Below are positions 1 to 8,637 of a DNA stretch of 64,000 nucleotides, in pieces. Numbering within the stretch: position 1 is the stretch's first letter; the number at the start of each line of letters is the position of its first letter. The notes beneath the pieces are model-generated. The model was not told the origin of the DNA, did not search any database, and worked only from the letters and a program-made list of their open reading frames with translations. The stretch is from Verrucomicrobiota bacterium (lineage in GTDB: Bacteria > Verrucomicrobiota > Verrucomicrobiia > Limisphaerales > CANJXF01). The position numbers were made by a program, and so were the translations under genes. The stretch covers positions 1 through 64,000 of the forward strand of contig JBBQRQ010000002.1 in NCBI GenBank assembly GCA_038214755.1. The letters run 5' to 3'.

Positions 1-1
1 C

Positions 2-1171
2 AAACCGATTTATCTCATCTGCAACGCCGACGAATCCGAGCCGGGCACTTTCAAAGATCGCCAGATCATTTACAAAGATCCGCATCAGTTGATCGAAGGG
101 ATGATCATCTCCTGTTACGCAAACGATGTTCATCTCGCTTACATTTATATTCGTGGCGAATTTCCTGAAGGCGCGCGCATTTTGAAACGCGCTTTGGCCG
201 AAGCGAAGGCGAAAAATTTTCTCGGCAAAAATATTTTCGGCAGCGATTACGCTCTGGAAATTTATATTCATCGCGGCGCTGGCGCTTACATTTGCGGCGA
301 GGAAACCGGCCTCATCGAATCGCTTGAAGGCAAACGCGCTTATCCCCGCATCAAGCCGCCCTATTTTCCGGCGATTCTCGGCCTCTACATGTGCCCGACC
401 ATCGTCAACAACGTCGAGACGCTTTGCCACGTGAAACACATCATCACGATGGGCGGCGCCGATTACGCGAAGCTCGGCACGCCCAACAACACCGGCACCC
501 GCATCGTCAGCCTGAGCGGCCAAGTGAAAAAGCCGGGTTATTACGAAATCGAAGTCGGCAAAGTGACCATCGGCGAATTGATTAATCACGAAAATTTCGG
601 CGGTGGTTTGCTCGATGGCCGAAAATTAAAAGCCATTATTCCCGGCGGTTCTTCCGCGAAAGTTTTCAAAGCGGGCGAAAAATTTAAGCTCAAGAAAAAA
701 GGCGCGGACGGCCAGATGACCACCGTCGAAGTGGACATGCTCGATTTGCCTTACGATTTCGATTCGCTTCAAGCCGCGGGCAGCATGTCTGGTTCGAGTG
801 CGATCATTGTGATGGATGACAGCGTGGACATCGTCGAAGCCCTCGCGAACCTCAGCGAATTTTACGCGCACGAAAGTTGTGGCCAATGCACGCCCTGCCG
901 CGAAGGCTCGCTCTGGATGAGCAAAGCGCTCCATCGCATGACGCACGGCGAAGGTCGCAAGCAAGACGCCGATTATCTGATCAACATCGCGCAAAATATT
1001 CAGGGCCGAACGATTTGCGCATTCGGCGAAGCTTGCGCGTGGCCGGTGTTGAGTTTCGTGAAAAAATTCAAAGACGAATTCGAAGCCAAAGGCGTTGCTG
1101 ACGAAGCGCGTAGTCACGGAGCCGGGCCGACGCACGAAATGAAAATCGCCGCGAGTCCGAGAAGTTGCTAA
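2..1171 (+). CDS. nuoF: NADH-quinone oxidoreductase subunit F (5'-truncated by window edge)
   Basis: CNADESEPGTFKDR at the window start, GAGAYICGEETGLIESLEG, ESCGQCTPCREG and TICAFG N3-cluster motifs. Confidence 0.97.
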   Translation, partial: KPIYLICNADESEPGTFKDRQIIYKDPHQLIEGMIISCYANDVHLAYIYIRGEFPEGARILKRALAEAKAKNFLGKNIFGSDYALEIYIHRGAGAYICGEETGLIESLEGKRAYPRIKPPYFPAILGLYMCPTIVNNVETLCHVKHIITMGGADYAKLGTPNNTGTRIVSLSGQVKKPGYYEIEVGKVTIGELINHENFGGGLLDGRKLKAIIPGGSSAKVFKAGEKFKLKKKGADGQMTTVEVDMLDLPYDFDSLQAAGSMSGSSAIIVMDDSVDIVEALANLSEFYAHESCGQCTPCREGSLWMSKALHRMTHGEGRKQDADYLINIAQNIQGRTICAFGEACAWPVLSFVKKFKDEFEAKGVADEARSHGAGPTHEMKIAASPRSC

Positions 1172-1188
1172 ATTATTTTTATGAGCAC
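1136..1188 (+). repeat. Copy 1 of a direct repeat (nuoF 3' end + intergenic + ATGAGCAC); copy 2 at 2076-2128
   Basis: gaaatgaaaa(t/g)cgccgcgagtcc matches 22/23; both copies have ATGAGCAC 45 nt after the repeat start. Confidence 0.8.
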
Positions 1189-1897
1189 CGCAACGATTCA
1201 TCGAAATAAATTCGCGCACGGAAAAATATCATTCGCGAATGTCCCGCGTTTGCTGAACGGCGACCACTTGACCGTCCCGGAATTTGAGCGCCGTTACGAA
1301 GCAACGCCCGAAATTAAAAAAGCCGAACTCATCGAAGGAATCGTCATTATGCCATCGCCTACTAGCAATGATCACAGTGAATCCCATGGAACCCTGGTTT
1401 TCTTTTTGAAACATTACGCGCACGCGACGCCGGGGGTGAGTTGCGGTTTGAACGGTTCAATACGGCTCGACGGAAGAAATGAGTATCAGCCGGATGCCTT
1501 TCTGCGAATTCAATCCGAAAAACTTGGCCAGACGAAAGTCGGTAAGAAAGGCCTGCTTGACGGCGGCCCGGAATTCGTCGCCGAAATTACCGTGAGCAGC
1601 GCAGGTTACGATTTGCACGAAAAAAAATCCGTTTATCAGCGCGCGCTTGTTCCCGAATATTTTGTCTGGCAGGTGATGGATGCGCAAATCCAGTGGTTCG
1701 CCTTGGAGCAGGGCGAATACGTCGAACTGAAACCCCAGCATGACGGCGCGATTCACAGCAAAATTTTTCCCGGCCTCTGGTTGGACACGCGCGCGCTCAT
1801 CGCCGGCGACGAAGCAAAAGTTTCGCGCCTTTTGGAAGAAGGTTTGAAAAGTCCGGAGCACACGGCGTTTATCAAAAAATTGGCCGCTGCGAAATAA
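1181..1897 (+). CDS. Uma2 (DUF820) family PD-(D/E)xK endonuclease-like protein
   Basis: KAELIEGIVIMPSP, QPDA, PEFVAEITVSSAGYDLHEKKSVYQRALVPEYFVW, SKIFPGLWLD. Confidence 0.9.
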   Translation: MSTATIHRNKFAHGKISFANVPRLLNGDHLTVPEFERRYEATPEIKKAELIEGIVIMPSPTSNDHSESHGTLVFFLKHYAHATPGVSCGLNGSIRLDGRNEYQPDAFLRIQSEKLGQTKVGKKGLLDGGPEFVAEITVSSAGYDLHEKKSVYQRALVPEYFVWQVMDAQIQWFALEQGEYVELKPQHDGAIHSKIFPGLWLDTRALIAGDEAKVSRLLEEGLKSPEHTAFIKKLAAAK

Positions 1898-1950
1898 AAT
1901 TGCACAGCCTGCAATCGTGATTTTGTGCCGCACATTTTTACCAGGAAAGA

Positions 1951-2077
1951 TTTCCGCGCTTGCGCAAGGCGAATTAAAAAACAGCGCAGCCACTGGCGCT
2001 TGATCGGCGACGGCATCGGCATTCATCGGGAAGAGATTGACGAAGATGTTGAAGTGGAAAGTTTGCTCGCGACCTGA
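1951..2077 (+). pseudogene. DUF2442-family C-terminal fragment
   Basis: FPRLRKAN* then frameshifted KQRSHWRLIGDGIGIHREEIDEDVEVESLL; no N-terminus. Confidence 0.7.
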
Positions 2078-2128
2078 AATGAAAAGCGCCGCGAGTCCTG
2101 ATTCGTGATTTAATTTATTTATGAGCAC
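2076..2128 (+). repeat. Copy 2 of the nuoF 3'-end direct repeat
   Basis: Reads EMKSAASPDS* versus the nuoF end EMKIAASPRSC*. Confidence 0.8.
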
Positions 2129-2354
2129 AACAGCCCTTAAAATATGTGTCAAAGCACTGAGCCTTCCTCGCGAAAACCGCGCGGAAATTGCGCACCGCTT
2201 GCTGGTTAGCCTGGAGGACGACAAGCCTAATCCCCGGGCTGAACGATTATGGAAAGCTGAGATTCGCCGACGAAGACGGGAAATTCAGGAAGGCAAGGCA
2301 AAGTTAATTCCCGCCGATGAAGTGATGCGCAAAGCGCTCCTCGCCGTGTCGTGA
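2121..2354 (+). CDS. Addiction module antitoxin (TIGR02574-like)
   Basis: ALSLPRENRAEIAHRLLVSLE...WKAEIRRR...GKAKLIPADEV; overlaps the toxin start (GTGA). Confidence 0.85.
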   Translation: MSTTALKICVKALSLPRENRAEIAHRLLVSLEDDKPNPRAERLWKAEIRRRRREIQEGKAKLIPADEVMRKALLAVS

Positions 2355-2647
2355 AACCAGTTGCTTATCATTGTGAAGCCGATGTCGAAGTTGTCGCCAC
2401 TGCAAAATATTACCGATGCCAGCGCGATGACTTGGGAATCAAATTCCTTCATGCGCTGCATGCAGTCCTTGCTGAAATTCAAGAATCGCCCAGCCGTTTT
2501 CCCTATTACGAGCGACCGATGCGGGCGCGACGAATCTTCGGTTTTCCATATCGTGTCGTCTATGAAGAGACGGGAGACTGCATCTACGTTATTTCCGTAA
2601 TGCATTTGAGTCGTGATCCCAGCTATTTGAAAAATCGACTGAGTTGA
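2351..2647 (+). CDS. RelE/ParE family toxin
   Basis: YHCEADVEV...YY...LGIKF...FPYRVVYE...VISVMHLSRDPSY. Confidence 0.85.
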   Translation: MKPVAYHCEADVEVVATAKYYRCQRDDLGIKFLHALHAVLAEIQESPSRFPYYERPMRARRIFGFPYRVVYEETGDCIYVISVMHLSRDPSYLKNRLS

Positions 2648-2668
2648 CGTGGAACACATCAAGAATTT

Positions 2669-2902
2669 ATGAGCGCCATTACTGAACAAGTTTTTATCGA
2701 AGCCCTTTCACTTCCAACGAAAACCCGCGCCGAACTCGCGCACAAACTTCTGACCAGTTTGAAGCGAGAAGCTGGCTCGCCGGAAATTGAAGCCGCCTGG
2801 AAACAAGAAGCACTTGATCGCTGCAATGCATTTGATGAAGGAAAACTTTCTGAACGCGATGCGACGGATGTTTTGCGCGATCCCTGCAAAAAAGTGAAGT
2901 AA
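2669..2902 (+). CDS. Second addiction module antitoxin (TIGR02574-like), orphaned
   Basis: ALSLPTKTRAELAHKLLTSL...IEAAWKQEALDR; paralog of 2121-2354. Confidence 0.8.
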   Translation: MSAITEQVFIEALSLPTKTRAELAHKLLTSLKREAGSPEIEAAWKQEALDRCNAFDEGKLSERDATDVLRDPCKKVK

Positions 2903-2910
2903 AAGGAACT

Positions 2911-2967
2911 TATGTGGCTGTGATGCACACGAGCTGACATCCCGATTATTGGAAAGATCGAATTTAA
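2911..2967 (+). pseudogene. C-terminal relic of a RelE/ParE toxin
   Basis: YVAVMHTS*HPDYWKDRI*, aligns with YVISVMHLSRDPSYLKNRLS of 2351-2647. Confidence 0.7.
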
Positions 2968-2968
2968 A

Positions 2969-4681
2969 ATGTCCACCGCGACAACAACCGAAACAAAACC
3001 TGCGCCGCCGCCAGTCGATAAGATCAAAATCAAAATCGATGGGCGCGAGATCGAAGCGCCGAAAATGATGCCGGATTGGCAGGGCAAACCGCAACCCACG
3101 ACCATGCTCCAGGCATGCGCGCTCGCCGGTTTCGACGTGCCGCATTATTGTTACCATCCGAAACTTCCCATCGCCGGAAATTGCCGCATGTGCCTTGTCG
3201 AATTCGGCACGCCTGCAATGGGACCGGATCGCAAACCCGTTCTCAACGAAGACGGCTCGCCGAAGATTGCCAAATCCGTTTTGCCTTACGAACCAACTTC
3301 GGCGCGCGGCGCGATTGCCTGTGCGACGCCCATTTCGCCCGGAATGGAAATTTATCCGAACTCACCCGCGACAAAACAAATGCGCGAAGCAGTTCTGGAA
3401 TCGCTGCTCATCAATCATCCGCTCGACTGCCCGATCTGCGACCAAGCTGGCGAATGCAAGTTGCAGGAATATTCCGTCGATCACGGAAATGCGGCGAGCC
3501 GCTTTGTCGAAGAAAAAGTTCACAAACCCAAACACGTTGATCTTGGCCCGCGCATTGTGCTTGACGACGAACGTTGCATTCTCTGCTCGCGCTGCGTTCG
3601 TTTCACGAAAGATATTGTCGGCGACGACGCGCTCGGTTTCGCGCAACGCGGCAGCCAAAACACGCTCACGAATTTTCCCGGCAAAACGTTCGACAACAAT
3701 TACACGCTCAACACCGTGGACATTTGTCCGGTCGGCGCGCTGACCTCAAAAGATTTTCGTTTCAAAATGCGCGTTTGGTTTTTGAAGGAAACCAAGAGCG
3801 TCTGCACGAGTTGCGCGACGGGCTGCAACGTGATTGTCGGTTCGCGCGAAGGAAAAGTTTATCGCTACGAACCGCGCGAAAACGACGCGGTTAATTCCTG
3901 CTGGATGTGCGATTACGGGCGACTGAATTACAAATGGATCAATCACGAAGATAGGCTTGTAGAAGTTCAAGGTTCAAAGCTCAAAGTTCAAAGTTGGCCG
4001 GCAGTGCTCAAAGAAATTTCCGAGATTTTGCGCAAAGCTACGTCCCATTCCGTCGCATTCGTCGCATCAGCCCGACAAAGCAACGAAGAACTTTACCTGC
4101 TGAAAAAACTCGCCGCCAAATCCAACGCGATTACGGATTCCATTCCACGCGCGGGCGAGTGCGACAAACTTTTGCTGAACACAGATCGCAATCCAAACAG
4201 CAACGGCGCAAAACTTATCGGCATTTCTCCCGCAGAAATGGGTTCCAATTTACCGAAGATCGCCGACGGCATTCGCAACGGCACCATTAAAACTTTAATC
4301 GTGTTCGGCGAAGATGTAACGAAGCACGGCATTGGAGCAGATTTACTCGGCAAACTCGATCATTTGATTGTCTCCGACATTTTGCCGAACAAAACGACGG
4401 AGCTTGCGCACTACCTTTTGCCCGGCTGCGCGCACGTCGAGAAGCGCGGCAGTTTTGTGAACACCAAAGGTCGCGTGCAACGTTTTCTCCAGGCGATTCA
4501 GCCGAAAGGCGACGCGCGGCCCGAATGGGAATTTTTGCACGAACTCGTTTTCAACGTCACCGGCCAAAATGGTTTCGCGAGCATTGAAGGTTTGTTCAAC
4601 CAAATGGCGCAGGAAGTTCCCGCGTTCAACGGCGTGACTTGGGCCGCTCTCGGCGATACCGGCGTAACGATTCAAATTTGA
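2969..4681 (+). CDS. nuoG: NADH-quinone oxidoreductase subunit G (short 570-aa form)
   Basis: CYHPKLPIAGNCRMC, HPLDCPICDQAGEC, CILCSRC, CPVGAL, CTSCATGC motifs. Confidence 0.96.
   Translation: MSTATTTETKPAPPPVDKIKIKIDGREIEAPKMMPDWQGKPQPTTMLQACALAGFDVPHYCYHPKLPIAGNCRMCLVEFGTPAMGPDRKPVLNEDGSPKIAKSVLPYEPTSARGAIACATPISPGMEIYPNSPATKQMREAVLESLLINHPLDCPICDQAGECKLQEYSVDHGNAASRFVEEKVHKPKHVDLGPRIVLDDERCILCSRCVRFTKDIVGDDALGFAQRGSQNTLTNFPGKTFDNNYTLNTVDICPVGALTSKDFRFKMRVWFLKETKSVCTSCATGCNVIVGSREGKVYRYEPRENDAVNSCWMCDYGRLNYKWINHEDRLVEVQGSKLKVQSWPAVLKEISEILRKATSHSVAFVASARQSNEELYLLKKLAAKSNAITDSIPRAGECDKLLLNTDRNPNSNGAKLIGISPAEMGSNLPKIADGIRNGTIKTLIVFGEDVTKHGIGADLLGKLDHLIVSDILPNKTTELAHYLLPGCAHVEKRGSFVNTKGRVQRFLQAIQPKGDARPEWEFLHELVFNVTGQNGFASIEGLFNQMAQEVPAFNGVTWAALGDTGVTIQI
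3965..3992 (+). repeat. 4 x heptamer GTTCAAR tandem repeat within nuoG
   Basis: gttcaag gttcaaa gctcaaa gttcaaa, translated VQGSKLKVQS. Confidence 0.75.
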
Positions 4682-4682
4682 A

Positions 4683-4922
4683 ATGAAACTAACATACGAT
4701 CCGCGACATAACGTTGCCTACATCCGATTACTGGAAAAAAAGGCAGAAGTGGAAACGCTGCAAATCAGCGATGAACTCAATATCGATATCGCACCAGATG
4801 GCCGTGTTTACGGCATCGAATTGCTAAACGCCAATGCCCAACTCGGCGGTGAAGACAATGGCAATCTGGTAATTCGCAACGAAGCCGCGGCGAAGGAACA
4901 ATCCATCACGCTGACAAATTAA
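4683..4922 (+). CDS. DUF2283 family protein (orphan antitoxin-like)
   Basis: MKLTYDPRHNVAYIRL...NIDIAPDGRVYGIELLNA. Confidence 0.85.
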   Translation: MKLTYDPRHNVAYIRLLEKKAEVETLQISDELNIDIAPDGRVYGIELLNANAQLGGEDNGNLVIRNEAAAKEQSITLTN

Positions 4923-5986
4923 TGGACTGGCCCTTCATCCTATTTAGCGTCTTAAAAATCGCCTGTGTTCTCGCGGTAGTGCTGACGTTATTTGCTTATG
5001 GTGTGCTCGCTGAGAGAAAAATTTCTGCGCTGATTCAGGATCGTGTTGGCCCCAATCGCGCCGCACTTCCGCTTATCGGAAGCATTCCGATCGTCGGACC
5101 CTTTTTGACACGCCTTGGTTTTTGGCAACCGCTCGCCGACGGTTTGAAATCTTTTTTGAAAGAAGATTTTACGCCGAACTATGTGCGCAAAGTTTATTTC
5201 TGGCTCGCGCCCGCCATTACTTTGATTCCCTCATTTCTCACCGTTGCAGTCATTCCGTTCGGCTCGACGCTCGGCAGCCAGAAAATGGTCATCGCCGATT
5301 TGAATGTCGGGATTCTCTACACGTTCGGCATCGTTTCGCTCGGCGTTTACGGAATCGTGCTCGCCGGTTACGCATCGAATTCCAAATATCCATTTCTCGG
5401 CGGCATTCGTTCCAGCGCGCAAATGATCTCCTACGAAATCGCGATGGGCATGTCGGTCATTCCGGTTTTCATGATCATCGGCGACTTGAATCTCAGCCAG
5501 GTCATCGCTCACCAGGCGCAACACGGCTGGCTGATTCTCTACGCGCCGATTTCGTTCGTGATTTTTCTCGTGTCTGCGTTTGCGGAAACCAATCGTCTCC
5601 CGTTCGATTTGCCCGAATCCGAAACCGAACTTGTTGCCGGCTACAACACCGAATACAGCTCGATGAAATTCGCGCTCTTTTTCATGGCCGAATACGCGAA
5701 CATGATCGCCGGTTCCGCCATGATGGTCGTTCTCTTTTTTGGCGGCTGGACGTTGCCGTTCGGCGATCTCGACCAACAGGCGACCAGCATCCTGATGGGT
5801 CTGGCGCACATCGGAATTTTCATCGGCAAAATGCTCGTCTTCATGGTGACTTTCATCTGGATTCGCTGGATGCTCCCGCGCTTTCGCTATGACCAATTGA
5901 TGGATTTGGGTTGGAAAAAATTTATCCCGCTGGCGCTGGTGAATATTTTAATTACCGCAGTGGTTTTGTGGTGGAGAAGCGTATGA
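4922..5986 (+). CDS. nuoH: NADH-quinone oxidoreductase subunit H
   Basis: ERKISALIQDRVGPNR, QPLADGLK, AETNRLPFDLPESETELVAGY, PRFRYDQLM. Confidence 0.97.
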   Translation: MDWPFILFSVLKIACVLAVVLTLFAYGVLAERKISALIQDRVGPNRAALPLIGSIPIVGPFLTRLGFWQPLADGLKSFLKEDFTPNYVRKVYFWLAPAITLIPSFLTVAVIPFGSTLGSQKMVIADLNVGILYTFGIVSLGVYGIVLAGYASNSKYPFLGGIRSSAQMISYEIAMGMSVIPVFMIIGDLNLSQVIAHQAQHGWLILYAPISFVIFLVSAFAETNRLPFDLPESETELVAGYNTEYSSMKFALFFMAEYANMIAGSAMMVVLFFGGWTLPFGDLDQQATSILMGLAHIGIFIGKMLVFMVTFIWIRWMLPRFRYDQLMDLGWKKFIPLALVNILITAVVLWWRSV

Positions 5987-6000
5987 GCATCTACAAAGAA

Positions 6001-6111
6001 ATCTCATTAGCGCCTGGTTTTCAAAGAGCGTCGAACTCCGACATCTCATTAGCACCCGGTTTTAACCGGGTGTGGGCGTTCCGTAAAATAAAAAACCGTT
6101 TCAACGGTTTT
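6001..6111 (+). repeat. TTAG-type REP units left of the transposase (partial copy + full bipartite copy)
   Basis: ctcattagcacccggttttaaccgggtgtg followed by hairpin aaaccgtttcaacggttt. Confidence 0.85.
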
Positions 6112-6142
6112 TTCGGTGCGTTATCCGAGTCACATTTTTAAT

Positions 6143-6595
6143 ATGGCCTTGCATTCTTATTGTCGTTGCTGGCTGCATCTCGTTTGGGCGACATACGAGC
6201 GCAGACCGCTTTTGACCAAAGCCGCCGCCGCAAAACTTTCCGGTTATTTCAGCAGCTACGCGAAAGAAAAAGGCATTTACATGAGAATCAATTACGTGAA
6301 TCCCGATCACGTCCATGCGCTCATCGATTTGCCGGTTAACAAACCCATCGAAGAGTCGCTTCAGCTTCTCAAAGGCAGTTCATCGCATTGGATAAACGAG
6401 AATAATCTCGTTGCGGGCAAGTTCGGCTGGCAACGAGGCTACGGTGCGTTCTCCGTCTCCCATTCCAATATTGAAGAAGTTGGAGGCTACATTGCGAATC
6501 AGGAAGAACATCATCGGAAAAGAACTTTTGCGGAAGAATTGAAATTGTTGGTCGAGAAATATGGATTGCAATGGCACGAGGAGGAAAACCGTTGA
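6143..6595 (+). mobile_element. tnpA: IS200/IS605-superfamily Y1 (HUH) transposase, REP-associated (RAYT-like)
   Basis: HLVWAT, PDHVHAL HUH motif, FGWQRGYGAFSVS...YIANQEEHH; flanked by REP hairpins. Confidence 0.9.
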
Positions 6596-6767
6596 AACGG
6601 TTCTTCCCTCTTGCGCACACATCACACCCGGTTGAAACCGAGTGCTAATAAGAGGTGCCAGATTTTCGCCAAACAAAATGTGCCGATGAAGAAATGTTTC
6701 TCTCATTAGCACCCGGTTTTAACCGGGTGTGATGAGCGATGGCGAAACGAAACCGTTTTAACGGTTT
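6586..6767. repeat. Two TTAG-type REP units right of the transposase (inverted 6586-6652, direct 6701-6767)
   Basis: aaaccgttgaaacggtt...cacacccggttgaaaccgagtgctaat; tctcattagcacccggttttaaccgggtgtg...aaaccgttttaacggttt. Confidence 0.85.
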
Positions 6768-6788
6768 CACGGATCGAGAATTTTCAAA

Positions 6789-7352
6789 ATGATCGTTAAT
6801 CGAAAAAAATTGAGTTTTTGGGAACGGCTTTATCTGCCTGCGATTCTAGGCGGACTCAAAGTCACCGCGCGCCATTTTGGACGCACCCTGTTCAAAGGTA
6901 AAACTGTCGCGAAAGAATTGTCTGGCGGATTTTATCCTGAGAAAAAATGGACTGTGGCCGAAGGTTATCGCGGCGCGCCGTATCTCGTCAAAGACCCCGA
7001 AGGCAACACGAAATGCGTCTCCTGCCAGCTTTGCGAATTCGTTTGCCCGCCCAAAGCTATCAAAATTGTTCCACCCGGCCCGGACGGCACAGCCGATCGG
7101 CCCAACGCCGAAAAAATGCCGAAGGAATTTGAGATCAATATGCTTCGCTGCATTTTCTGCGGCTTTTGCCAGGAGGTTTGTCCCGAAGAAGCGATTTTTC
7201 TGCAAAAAGATTATTCGCTCAACGGTCTGAGCCGCAGCGAAATGATTTACAACAAAGAAAAACTTCTTGCACTCGGCGGCGTCAACGACAGCCCGATCTT
7301 TAAGTGGAAACAGAAAGCGGAAGAAGCGAAGGCGCAGGGCATTGCTCCTTGA
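6789..7352 (+). CDS. nuoI: NADH-quinone oxidoreductase subunit I
   Basis: CVSCQLCEFVCP and CIFCGFCQEVCP ferredoxin motifs; operon position. Confidence 0.96.
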   Translation: MIVNRKKLSFWERLYLPAILGGLKVTARHFGRTLFKGKTVAKELSGGFYPEKKWTVAEGYRGAPYLVKDPEGNTKCVSCQLCEFVCPPKAIKIVPPGPDGTADRPNAEKMPKEFEINMLRCIFCGFCQEVCPEEAIFLQKDYSLNGLSRSEMIYNKEKLLALGGVNDSPIFKWKQKAEEAKAQGIAP

Positions 7353-7362
7353 AATGTAACCG

Positions 7363-7872
7363 ATGAACATCCAGGACATTTTCTTTTACTTGTTCGCCGC
7401 GCTGACCGTGATTTGCGCCATCATGGTCGTCGCAAATCCGTTCAGCCGAAATCCGGTGACGAGTGCCATGTTTCTCGTCCTAACGATTGTCTGCATGGCC
7501 GGACTTTTCGTTTTGCTTCACGCTTTCTTTTTGGCGGCGGTGCAAATCTTGGTTTACGCCGGAGCCGTGATGGTGCTGTTCCTTTTCGTCATCATGTTGC
7601 TCGATTTGAAAGTCGAGGAGCGGCGCAAAATCAAAATGGTTGGCGCAGGTCTTGGTACTATTGCCGTTGGCGCAATCGCATTTCTTCTTATTCGAACCGC
7701 CTGGCATTTTCCAAAAACAACCTCTGTCGCGAAAACTGAACTCGAAGGCTCAACCACTTTACTCGGCTCACTGCTTTTCAAAAATTACGTTCTGCCATTT
7801 GAAATTGTTTCGCTACTGCTGCTCGTCGCAATGGTCGGCGTCATTCTCCTGAGCAAAAAGGATCTGAAATGA
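7363..7872 (+). CDS. nuoJ: NADH-quinone oxidoreductase subunit J
   Basis: NPVTSA, QILVYAGAVMVLFLFVIMLL, PFEIVSLLLLVAMVG. Confidence 0.96.
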   Translation: MNIQDIFFYLFAALTVICAIMVVANPFSRNPVTSAMFLVLTIVCMAGLFVLLHAFFLAAVQILVYAGAVMVLFLFVIMLLDLKVEERRKIKMVGAGLGTIAVGAIAFLLIRTAWHFPKTTSVAKTELEGSTTLLGSLLFKNYVLPFEIVSLLLLVAMVGVILLSKKDLK

Positions 7873-8177
7873 CACACGTTGGACTCGAACATTATCTCGT
7901 CGTCAGCGTGCTGCTCTTTTGCCTCGGCCTCTGGGGCGTGATCGTGCGGCGCAATCTGCTCATTATGTATATGTCGCTTGAGTTGATGCTCAACGCTGCG
8001 AACCTCGCGCTCGTCTCTTTTTCGCGGTTCAACGAAAAACTCGACGGCCAAATCATGGTGTTCTTCATCATCACCGTCGCCGCAGCGGAAGTCTCGGTTG
8101 GTTTGGCGCTGATCGTCGCGCTCTATCGCAAAAAACAAACCGCGCACGTCGAAGATTTGGCGACGATGAAATTATGA
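7869..8177 (+). CDS. nuoK: NADH-quinone oxidoreductase subunit K
   Basis: RRNLL..MSLELMLNAANL, VAAAEVSVGLAL. Confidence 0.96.
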   Translation: MTHVGLEHYLVVSVLLFCLGLWGVIVRRNLLIMYMSLELMLNAANLALVSFSRFNEKLDGQIMVFFIITVAAAEVSVGLALIVALYRKKQTAHVEDLATMKL

Positions 8178-8191
8178 CGACCCGAAAACAG

Positions 8192-8389
8192 CTACCACAC
8201 AATATTCGAGTCTTTGGAAATTCGGTTCGCCAAACCGGGTTTCAATGTCTGATTTCCATGAACTGGTACAGTAATGATTTTGATCTCGCCCGATTTGCCA
8301 AAGATGTGGTGACTCCCCCGAATACGTTTCAAAATCCAGCCATCTTGCTGAAGCAACCGGCACATTTCCTTGCCGGTAATGGGTTTCAT
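8192..8389 (-). CDS. hicA: HicA family toxin
   Basis: LLQQDGWILKRIRGSHHIF...VPVHGNQTLKPG. Confidence 0.9.
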   Translation of the reverse strand: MKPITGKEMCRLLQQDGWILKRIRGSHHIFGKSGEIKIITVPVHGNQTLKPGLANRISKDSNIVW

Positions 8390-8592
8390 ACCGACAGTTC
8401 GGCCACTTGGATTTCCGGCTGCGGCTCGCGGCCCTCTTCACGCATTACCTCAAGGTAACCCAATGCCGCTTCACGCAAATTATCCAGTAATTGTGCAACG
8501 GTGTCGCCTTGCGAATAACAACCAGGGAGGGAGGGGACTTCGCCCCAAAAACCGCCGACTGGCTCAGGATGAACAACCGCTTTGAATGTCAT
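8386..8592 (-). CDS. hicB: HicB family antitoxin (short)
   Basis: GGFWGEVPSLPGCYSQGDT...NLREA. Confidence 0.9.
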   Translation of the reverse strand: MTFKAVVHPEPVGGFWGEVPSLPGCYSQGDTVAQLLDNLREAALGYLEVMREEGREPQPEIQVAELSV

Positions 8593-8637
8593 GACCAAAC
8601 ATTGCAAGAAAATCTTCTCTAACGCAAGACGACTCGA

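Noticed and set aside
2935..2937. Selenocysteine or readthrough TGA in the ParE relic
   Set aside because: Aligns with Arg (CGA) in the paralog, in a fragment with no start; a simple nonsense mutation
2969..4681. nuoG truncated by the DUF2283 insertion
   Set aside because: All Fe-S motifs are present and it ends in a natural-looking W..LGD.G motif; short NuoG forms exist, so no support for damage
5983..6010. Duplicated nuoI start (MSIYKEISL) after nuoH
   Set aside because: Similarity to the NuoI N-terminus is too weak, and the sequence is mostly REP-derived
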